IMG/VR virus record: IMGVR_UViG_3300048928_000366
Coordinates: 1-56,877 of that record
Strand: one strand, 5' to 3'
DNA: 56,877 nucleotides
Source of the DNA: a virus
The position numbers and the translations under genes were made by a program. Below are positions 42,606 to 49,077 of the stretch, in pieces. Below the pieces are notes generated by a model. That model ran no database searches. It had not been told where the DNA came from and worked only from the letters and a program-made list of their open reading frames with translations. Every line of letters starts with the position of its first letter. Within the stretch, counting starts at the first letter, position 1.

Positions 42606-43282
42606 TTTCTGTTGTCACCACGGGCTTACCATTATCCCGAAAAGAAATGCTGTTTAATACCAAGCGTCATGTCGCCCTACTCACATCGTTCTGTCTGTCT
42701 AAGTGGGATGTGGAGAGAGGGGAATCGAACCCCGGCTACCCGTCGATAGCTCTGTCCTAAACATCCCTCCAGATTGCCGGCAGGCCGTCCGGCGGTCTAT
42801 TTATTTTTTCACGAGTAAATCTTCATTCTTACAATTTGGTTTCGATCTTGCTCAGGCCTGTTGTTCACTGTTACATATATAAAACCAGCAGTGATGCTGT
42901 CCTCCTCTTTTTAAGTACCAGCTATAGAGATAGCCGGTTTCCCTTTAAAATTCCACGTTATGAAAAAAGGTTGCTCTCTCCCAACAGAGGATTTCGGTAT
43001 TAACATCTACGCGACGTTGGTTCCTCGTGGGGCAACCATCCCTATTTTCATGTTTGGTTTCTAACGAGAGCAATAAAGCAGGGGAGAGGGAAGATATGGC
43101 TATGAAAAAAGGCATACCCCCTTCCCGCAATGTTTTGCGGTACTGAGGTGGATGGGTTTCTCGCCTAAAACCCTTTCCCGCAATATTTTTGTCCAGTATG
43201 TAAAAGAACTTTCTTTGTTGTGGCAGGAGGTGGATACCTCCCGCGTCCGATCGTCCTATTAACCTATATCTATTGTAGCGTC
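42606..43282 (-). ncRNA. Candidate large structured non-coding RNA (or ori-like structured DNA)
   Basis: 677 nt with no convincing ORF in an otherwise tightly packed operon. Multiple hairpins, a long-range 8-bp helix and direct repeats. One stem has a mismatch on the plus strand that becomes a G-U pair on the minus strand. Confidence 0.3.
42711..42771 (-). ncRNA. Non-canonical tRNA-like element (T-arm plus acceptor-like helix, 61 nt)
   Basis: The minus strand reads TGGAGGG...CGGGGTTCGATTCCCCT-CTCTCCA. It has the T-loop consensus GTTCGAUU and 7-bp acceptor-like pairing, but too few nt for D and anticodon arms. Confidence 0.25.
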
Positions 43283-43513
43283 TTACAGCACCACACAAGA
43301 AGCGCAACAAGTATTGCAAAAAATATTGTTCCTGCGATGCTCAATATCGTGTCCTGTCGTCTCGTGGTCATCTGGTATAATCGTTATTGTATAAATTGAT
43401 AACCGGTATCTTTTTATCAGTTTTTCCAGTATATCCTCCCTGTTCTTCCGACCATTGTATCGCCTGCAGATATTCAGTCCACGCTCATCTTCAAGCCGCA
43501 CAGTTCCTTTCAT
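43283..43513 (-). CDS. Hypothetical protein
   Basis: 76 aa. Starts 1 nt after the upstream stop. Confidence 0.45.
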   Translation of the reverse strand: MKGTVRLEDERGLNICRRYNGRKNREDILEKLIKRYRLSIYTITIIPDDHETTGHDIEHRRNNIFCNTCCASCVVL

Positions 43514-43514
43514 C

Positions 43515-43697
43515 TCAATTCATTTGCTCCGGTTCCAACTCACGCATTTTGCACATGCTAACGCTACGATCGCGAAAAGTGACAGTGTGATCAACATCTT
43601 CTTCAGTGTTATGGTGTTCTTCAGAAACCGGCGTTTTTTCAGCCGCTACGTACAACAAAGCCACTACTATCATTCCTGCACATAATAACCATCCCAT
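43515..43697 (-). CDS. Small membrane protein
   Basis: N-terminal TM helix, 60 aa. Confidence 0.45.
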   Translation of the reverse strand: MGWLLCAGMIVVALLYVAAEKTPVSEEHHNTEEDVDHTVTFRDRSVSMCKMRELEPEQMN

Positions 43698-43709
43698 AGC
43701 CGTGTGTTT

Positions 43710-43949
43710 TTAGATGAACAAATCAGGCAAATCATCTTCCCAGCTCGAAGGCTTGCGCATCCACTTTTTGAATGCCCTCCAAGCTTCCGAGATCCAGAAC
43801 GCTATCAGTATCACCATAGCTGTGTTGGCGAGTAATAAGCACTCCCACATCAGCCGCCAAGGGGCGGATATTGCAACAAACGCGATCAGTGCTATGATCA
43901 TCCCGACAACGATCGGCGCGGTGTAGAGCAGGTTTAAAAGCGTTGTCAC
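43710..43949 (-). CDS. Two-TM membrane protein
   Basis: 79 aa with two hydrophobic helices. Overlaps the yopX-like stop. Confidence 0.5.
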   Translation of the reverse strand: MTTLLNLLYTAPIVVGMIIALIAFVAISAPWRLMWECLLLANTAMVILIAFWISEAWRAFKKWMRKPSSWEDDLPDLFI

Positions 43950-44356
43950 GGTGCGACTGATTTTGGGGTGAGTAAATCGGAATGCTCGAATATATTTCCG
44001 ATAACTGAGGTGTAGGTAAGGATGGATGGTCTGCTTACGTCTCCTTCATTTAATGCCCACTTACCGTCCTCACATTCCACCGCGAACGAAGCGATTGCGT
44101 CTATCCAAACGACGGTTCCAGTGTGGCCTTTTTCTGAATGAAGTATATCACCTTCATAAATGCGTAAGCCGTTTTTATCCTTTAAGCCAGTGCATTGCTG
44201 CCACACAATGCCATCTCCTATTGGTAGGATTAAATTACCTTTGCGTATGTTTTGTGGCTTATCTTCGTGAGATTCCGTCAGGTGCTTATCAAATCCTGTC
44301 CACAAAAATTTATTGTTTTCAGAATCCCATGCGCGAAATCGTATTTGTCTACTCAT
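43946..44356 (-). CDS. YopX-family protein
   Basis: IRFRAWDSENNKF...QCTGLKDKNGLRIYEGDIL is the YopX signature. Confidence 0.7.
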   Translation of the reverse strand: MSRQIRFRAWDSENNKFLWTGFDKHLTESHEDKPQNIRKGNLILPIGDGIVWQQCTGLKDKNGLRIYEGDILHSEKGHTGTVVWIDAIASFAVECEDGKWALNEGDVSRPSILTYTSVIGNIFEHSDLLTPKSVAP

Positions 44357-44411
44357 TTTATTAAGGAATGAAAGGTGAAAAATCAGGTGAAAGAATCCCC
44401 AGGTAAAAAGA

Positions 44412-44741
44412 CTAAGACCCGGTTAGTGTATCGTCTATAATGCAGTTGCGCAAGCAACGTTCTTTATTGATATCTTGCAGGCATCCATCGTACGCTGTAT
44501 TGAACTCCTGTTCATCGATTGGACGCATATAATCCAATTCAAAAGTGGTGTCAGCAAGGTTCTGGACTGTTATGGATCTATATGGATATCTGTCAGGAAG
44601 TGATGTATTAATCACTTGTATGATTGTACCATCCTCCTTAATCGATACATATCTTTTAATGTGAGCGTCAGCGAAGTAAGCAGGAGCATCTATCGTCCCC
44701 TTCTTGTTGCCTAAATATGTTCTGTATATAACGGTGTTCAT
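44412..44741 (-). CDS. Hypothetical protein
   Basis: 109-aa ORF. Confidence 0.5.
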   Translation of the reverse strand: MNTVIYRTYLGNKKGTIDAPAYFADAHIKRYVSIKEDGTIIQVINTSLPDRYPYRSITVQNLADTTFELDYMRPIDEQEFNTAYDGCLQDINKERCLRNCIIDDTLTGS

Positions 44742-44752
44742 AACTCGTGGTA

Positions 44753-44887
44753 TTAATAGATTAAATGAATCAGTTTAAGAAAAAGGCCACACAGCTTCGG
44801 CAGCAACTCAACCAGGCCTGCGTACAACATACCGACGGAACCAAATAACAGGATCGCACATCCGAGACATGGAACCATGTAGCGCAT
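44753..44887 (-). CDS. Small membrane protein (44 aa, below the ORF-track cutoff)
   Basis: My own translation gives MRYMVPCLGCAILLFGSVGMLYAGLVELLPKL.... TAATG overlap with the upstream ORF. Confidence 0.35.
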   Translation of the reverse strand: MRYMVPCLGCAILLFGSVGMLYAGLVELLPKLCGLFLKLIHLIY

Positions 44888-45039
44888 TATTTGCCGTAGT
44901 TGATGAAGTGACGAATAAGGCCGTTAGGTCTTAATAAGACAACAATAGCGGCGCCCAATGCCAGACCAAAACCAACAGACATGTAGTTTGGAATCTGCGG
45001 TACGTAGGTCTGTGTAAGGAAGTTGTATATCGTGTTCAT
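44887..45039 (-). CDS. Small membrane protein (50 aa, below the ORF-track cutoff)
   Basis: My own translation gives MNTIYNFLTQTYVPQIPNYMSVGFGLALGAAIVVLLRPNG.... Confidence 0.35.
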   Translation of the reverse strand: MNTIYNFLTQTYVPQIPNYMSVGFGLALGAAIVVLLRPNGLIRHFINYGK

Positions 45040-45049
45040 GTCCGTGGAT

Positions 45050-45286
45050 TTATTTTGTGGTGATTAATGCGGATTTCTTCTCTTCGATCATTTCCAGGGC
45101 GAGATCAGTTACCTTTTGGTTCCAGTAAGGGTGGCCTTCGCTAAAGTGCTCCTTCACAGTCTGATATCCGATTGGACATCTATCATCCGCAGCCAGATCT
45201 TTCAGAGTGATACGGGCGTTTTTAAGCTGAGCCCTAACACTCTTCTTTGCAACCTTGATCTGTTTCTTTGTAATTGGTATTCTCAT
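45050..45286 (-). CDS. Cro-like first gene of the leftward early operon
   Basis: 78 aa, basic. Divergent from the repressor-like gene across an operator-bearing region. Confidence 0.45.
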   Translation of the reverse strand: MRIPITKKQIKVAKKSVRAQLKNARITLKDLAADDRCPIGYQTVKEHFSEGHPYWNQKVTDLALEMIEEKKSALITTK

Positions 45287-45354
45287 TTTTCCGTAGTTTT
45301 ACGCTTGTTGTAGCCATCTTGGTAGGCTACCTTCGCGTTAACAATACAAATGTA

Positions 45355-45401
45355 TGTTGGAAATTCCAACAAAACAAGTGTTTGTGTTGGAATTTCTAAC
45401 A
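45355..45401. promoter_or_regulatory. Two palindromic operators of the genetic switch
   Basis: TGTTGGAAATTCCAACA (45355-45371, perfect 8-1-8) and TGTTGGAATTTCTAACA (45385-45401), 30 bp apart. A leftward TACATTTG -7 box (complement of 45347-45354) abuts the first. Confidence 0.6.
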
Positions 45402-45436
45402 TTTAGAATTTGTATAAAAAAACAACCCTTAATTAG

Positions 45437-45823
45437 ATGAATCTCAAAGAAGAGTTGAATTCACTGGTGAACGCAGTAAAGTCTTTATATAAAAGCAATG
45501 GCGAGAAGATTACCATTGAGATAATGGCAAAACGAATAGGACTAAGTAGAAGCTACTTTTCCGCACTATTGGGAGGGAGCGAGGAAATAAAACAAAAACA
45601 CATTGATGACTTCAAAGCATATTATAAAGAGGAGTTAGCCGGCAATTTCATTCCAAGCCAGCCAGGCGATTGGAACAATTACAATCTTGCAATGTTAAAG
45701 ATGCTATATCAAAGGGTAGCAAAATCTGAATCGGAGCGACTGGGGCTACCGATAAAGAAGGTGATGGATGAAATGGACGCCGAAACCAAGATAGCATACC
45801 AGGAGTTGGAGCGTGAGAAATAA
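45437..45823 (+). CDS. CI-like HTH repressor candidate
   Basis: ITIEIMAKRIGLSRSYFSALLGG is HTH-like. Divergent from the early operon and co-oriented with the morons. Confidence 0.5.
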   Translation: MNLKEELNSLVNAVKSLYKSNGEKITIEIMAKRIGLSRSYFSALLGGSEEIKQKHIDDFKAYYKEELAGNFIPSQPGDWNNYNLAMLKMLYQRVAKSESERLGLPIKKVMDEMDAETKIAYQELEREK

Positions 45824-46155
45824 AAAATTGACCTTTAGGTGCATACTTATGCTTTAGATTTTTCATAACAATTGTAAGATTGAGGCGTAAGCGGTAAATC
45901 GAATTAGGCATATAGTTTGGTTTTCTGGAATGCATAGCAAAGGATATAGTTCTGGGTTCACTATAACAATAGTTCGCATGCATAGCTAGTCGAAACCTAA
46001 AATTGGTATTGTCCCCGAGATAAAAAATATAATTAAATAGATACTAATTTAAATAAAAGTCCAGAATCTAAACGCAGCGTATCTGCGTTGTGATACGCTT
46101 AACATTCACGTTAACAATTGAGTTAACTAATTATTAACAAAAATAGATACTCCAC

Positions 46156-46689
46156 ATGAAAAGATTGTTACTCCTTGTTTTAATGTTTCCCTCTTTAGCT
46201 ATTGCACAAACGAAAGAAAGGCATAGTAGGGCATATATAGGCGCTATTTTGCATGATTTTGATCAACCAGGGATCTCGCTCGTCAACTCATTTGGAATCA
46301 ACCAATACTTAGGTATTGGGGCCGGCGCGGACCTAACTCGATTCAAGGGGGAGACGATGGTTCCACTCTACGGGGATATACGAATTAAGTATCCAGTCAA
46401 TGCATTTGCTCCTTTTGCGTTTGGGCAATTTGGATATCAATTATATAATGGGAAGACCAGACTTGGACAGGATGTTACTGCTGTGCCTATGGATTCTAAA
46501 ATGAAGGGGAAGTATTTTTACGGCGGTGGCTTGGGGGTGTCTTATAAAGCAAATAAGGTAGGATTCTTCCTGTCATATACACAGAGGGCTTATAGTTTCA
46601 AATACGACAAATTTGATATAAACGGGCGGGATGTTACACCAGACAATCCGAAGAGCGCAGGCATCCTTACATTAGGTCTGATTTTTTAA
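46156..46689 (+). CDS. Outer-membrane beta-barrel protein (moron)
   Basis: Signal peptide MKRLLLLVLMFPSLAIAQ, alternating aromatic/Gly strands, C-terminal ...LTLGLIF. Confidence 0.6.
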   Translation: MKRLLLLVLMFPSLAIAQTKERHSRAYIGAILHDFDQPGISLVNSFGINQYLGIGAGADLTRFKGETMVPLYGDIRIKYPVNAFAPFAFGQFGYQLYNGKTRLGQDVTAVPMDSKMKGKYFYGGGLGVSYKANKVGFFLSYTQRAYSFKYDKFDINGRDVTPDNPKSAGILTLGLIF

Positions 46690-46722
46690 CCTCAAATATA
46701 CATATCATGGACAAATGGTCAA

Positions 46723-46878
46723 ATGATCGCCGTTATTGGCGGCATCGTGCTATTCTTTGCTGCATTCGTTCTCCTAGCACGCTGGGTGTTCAGGGTGGAC
46801 GATATAGTGTTTTACCTGGAAAAGATAAATGAGAAGTTAGCGCAGCAGCAGAATATAGACACCAAAGCGGATTCATGA
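46723..46878 (+). CDS. Small single-TM protein (51 aa, below the ORF-track cutoff)
   Basis: My own translation gives MIAVIGGIVLFFAAFVLLARWVFRVDDIVFYLEKINEKLAQQQNIDTKADS. Confidence 0.4.
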   Translation: MIAVIGGIVLFFAAFVLLARWVFRVDDIVFYLEKINEKLAQQQNIDTKADS

Positions 46879-46984
46879 GTATACATAATTGTGTAAAAGT
46901 GTAATAAAAATGCCGGTAAAACACCCTAAGCGACGGTAAAATGTAAACATTTTGCCGCGTATCCATTATATAATATCTTTGTAC

Positions 46985-47240
46985 AAGTTCTGTATGAGGG
47001 GCCATTGGCTAAGCAAAAGCACCTGCCCGAATAGGAGGGATCACAGGAAGTCGGCACCAGCCATTAATAGTAGTTGAGTCCAAAGGGCTGTGATACGGCC
47101 AGCCACAATGAAATGAATGCATGCAATAGGGGTAGTACCATTTGAATCCTCCTGGAACCAGAAAGCAGAACGTTAATGGAAAAGTATTGGACCGGGGTGT
47201 CCCCGATCGTAAAAGTGCCTGGCAAAAGCCGGGCTTTTTT
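46985..47240 (+). ncRNA. Candidate ~250-nt sRNA in the immunity/moron region
   Basis: TTTG (46951-46954), then 19 nt, then TATCTTTG (46974-46981) fits the Bacteroidota -33/-7 promoter. A strong terminator lies at 47217-47240. There is no credible ORF between them, and internal helices are present. Confidence 0.4.
47217..47240 (+). terminator. Rho-independent terminator
   Basis: GCCTGGC-aaaa-GCCGGGC (7 bp, one G-T pair) followed by T6. It overlaps the stop of the convergent RHH gene. Confidence 0.7.
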
Positions 47241-47439
47241 ATGCCTGGTTGTCAAGATCCTGCTTTATCAGCTCCTCCACCCGCCGGGACCATCCCCGGC
47301 CGTATTTTTTTTTGAAGGCCTTCATGACGGAGGGATGTATGGTAAGCGGGAGCTGAACCCGCTTCTCAATGCCCAATTCTTTCGCAGAATGACGGCCGGC
47401 ACCTTTCCGAGCGCCGCCATAGTTATTATTTTTCTCCAT
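47239..47439 (-). CDS. Ribbon-helix-helix (CopG/Arc-like) protein
   Basis: ATG at 47439 is preferred. GGARKGAGR, then the beta strand VQLPLTIHPSV and helices MKAFKKKYG and WSRRVEELIKQDL. Confidence 0.55.
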   Translation of the reverse strand: MEKNNNYGGARKGAGRHSAKELGIEKRVQLPLTIHPSVMKAFKKKYGRGWSRRVEELIKQDLDNQA

Positions 47440-47466
47440 ATATAGAATTCCCCCGGAGGGGTACAA

Positions 47467-47667
47467 TTAATTTTCAACTACTACTCCTTCAATAATGTCA
47501 TTGTGGATTGTCCGAGCTACAATCTCTCCATCCTCATTTACATAACAACCATCGATTAGATTGTTTTCATATGCCTCCTGAAATGCTGGAGTAAAAGAAG
47601 AGAGCTCTACGAATTTTTCTACTTTGTCAGATGTTGCTGATTCGTGAATTGCGATTTGATTGTTCAT
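47467..47667 (-). CDS. Small acidic protein
   Basis: 66 aa, directly upstream of the RHH gene. Confidence 0.5.
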   Translation of the reverse strand: MNNQIAIHESATSDKVEKFVELSSFTPAFQEAYENNLIDGCYVNEDGEIVARTIHNDIIEGVVVEN

Positions 47668-47797
47668 GATTTTGTGTTTTTGAGGTTTTTGTTTTTCATT
47701 AACAACTCAAAGGTAAGAACATAATTTGAATAAACAAATTATTTTTTCAAGTTTGGTGAATAATATTGGTCTGGTTTGAAGAGTGGTATATTATACC

Positions 47798-47819
47798 ATA
47801 TATAAAATCTATACCTTTG
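47798..47819 (+). promoter_or_regulatory. Late-promoter-like motif ATATATAAAATCTATA-CC-TTTG (copy 3)
   Basis: The 16-mer is identical to 38-53. TACCTTTG (47812-47819) fits TAnnTTTG. The perfect palindrome ATAGATAGTATCTAT (47829-47843) lies between this box and ATG 47847. Confidence 0.55.
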
Positions 47820-47846
47820 TGTAAAATAATAGATAGTATCTATACT

Positions 47847-48971
47847 ATGGATGTCATCTCTGTAAAAATTGACGAGGTTAAATTAAATCCAAATAATCCA
47901 AGGGTGATAAAAGATGATAAGTTTAAAAAACTTGTTCAATCTATTTTGTCTTTCCCTGAAATGCTCGAAATAAGGCCAATCGTGGTGAATGATGAAATGA
48001 TAGTATTGGGAGGCAACATGCGCCTAAAAGCTTGCGAGGCGGCAGGATTAAAAACGGTACCAATCATCAAAGCATCAGACCTTACACCAGATCAACAAAG
48101 AGAATTTATTATAAAGGACAATGTGGGTTTTGGAGAATGGGATTATGAAATGTTGGCAAATGAATGGGAGGAAGACCAATTAGTTGAGTGGGGATTAGAT
48201 ATTCCCATAATTGATGATGAACAAGCTACTCCAGAAGACGATGGCTTTCAGGTGCCAGAAGATGTGCAAACTGATATTGTGCCAGGCGATCTTTTCGAAA
48301 TTGGAGGGCACCGTATATTATGTGGAGATAGCTGCAATATCGATGATGTCGATAGGCTTATGGGCGGAGAAAAAGCAGATCTGGTATTTACTGATCCCCC
48401 CTATGATCTTGAAGATGATTACTCATCGAATTTATTTATTATATCAAAGGAAGATTGCCATGTATTCATAATGAACAGTGACAGGAAGATTATAGAGATA
48501 AGCGCTAAGAATATTGATTATTTCAAGAAAATATATGCTGTAGACTTCCGTCAGGCACGGTTAGTGTCAAACAACCAGCCCATGACTCGTGTTGACTTAA
48601 TAGCGGAGTTTAATAAGGGGAAGGGACGGTTTATCAATACAAATGATGGATTTTCCACACTCATCGAATGCTCAAAGATTCACTCAGACAAAGTTGAATT
48701 AAATCATGGGCACAAGCAGGCAAAAAGGGTCGAACTTCCTGGAAAGTTCATAGAACATTATTCCATAAAAGGAGATATCGTTGTTGACTTGTTTCTTGGT
48801 GCAGGTAGCACATTAATTGCAAGTGAGCAAATGGATAGGACTTGCTATGGAATGGAAAAAGATCCAAAAAATGTTCAGATAATAATCAACAGACTCACAG
48901 AGCACATGAAAAATGACGGGAAGAAGGTAGCAATAAAGCTAAACGGTGAAAAGTATGTGCCTGTGATATAG
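47847..48971 (+). CDS. ParB-like nuclease domain fused to an N6-adenine/N4-cytosine DNA methyltransferase
   Basis: N-terminal ParB/Srx-like region (LNPNNPR..., GGNMRLKA), DPPY motif (LVFTDPPYDL), and C-terminal FxGxG (VDLFLGAGST). ATG 47847 is preferred over TTG 47766. Confidence 0.75.
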   Translation: MDVISVKIDEVKLNPNNPRVIKDDKFKKLVQSILSFPEMLEIRPIVVNDEMIVLGGNMRLKACEAAGLKTVPIIKASDLTPDQQREFIIKDNVGFGEWDYEMLANEWEEDQLVEWGLDIPIIDDEQATPEDDGFQVPEDVQTDIVPGDLFEIGGHRILCGDSCNIDDVDRLMGGEKADLVFTDPPYDLEDDYSSNLFIISKEDCHVFIMNSDRKIIEISAKNIDYFKKIYAVDFRQARLVSNNQPMTRVDLIAEFNKGKGRFINTNDGFSTLIECSKIHSDKVELNHGHKQAKRVELPGKFIEHYSIKGDIVVDLFLGAGSTLIASEQMDRTCYGMEKDPKNVQIIINRLTEHMKNDGKKVAIKLNGEKYVPVI

Positions 48972-49077
48972 GTTAGTTGGTATTATAATATAATAAATAC
49001 CAATCTGATTGATGTTTATATATTGGTTGCCAATTACTTTTGGATTATAAAATAAATTAATCCAAAATCATTTAATC

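Noticed and set aside
42711-42771. Canonical tRNA gene
   Set aside because: Only 61 nt separate the acceptor-like strands. No acceptable D arm or 7-nt anticodon loop can be drawn. It is kept only as a tRNA-like element.
42945-43319. 124-aa minus-strand ORF in the structured region
   Set aside because: Its Arg/Cys/Phe-rich composition is odd. Its start overlaps the better-supported ORF 43283-43513 in another frame. The region is packed with hairpins and direct repeats. I treat it as non-coding, but cannot fully exclude it.
46790-47255. Minus-strand ORFs 46790-47005 and 47064-47255 (and plus-strand ORF 47176-47445)
   Set aside because: They have no operon context and poor composition. They lie across the promoter-to-terminator sRNA candidate or antisense to the RHH gene.
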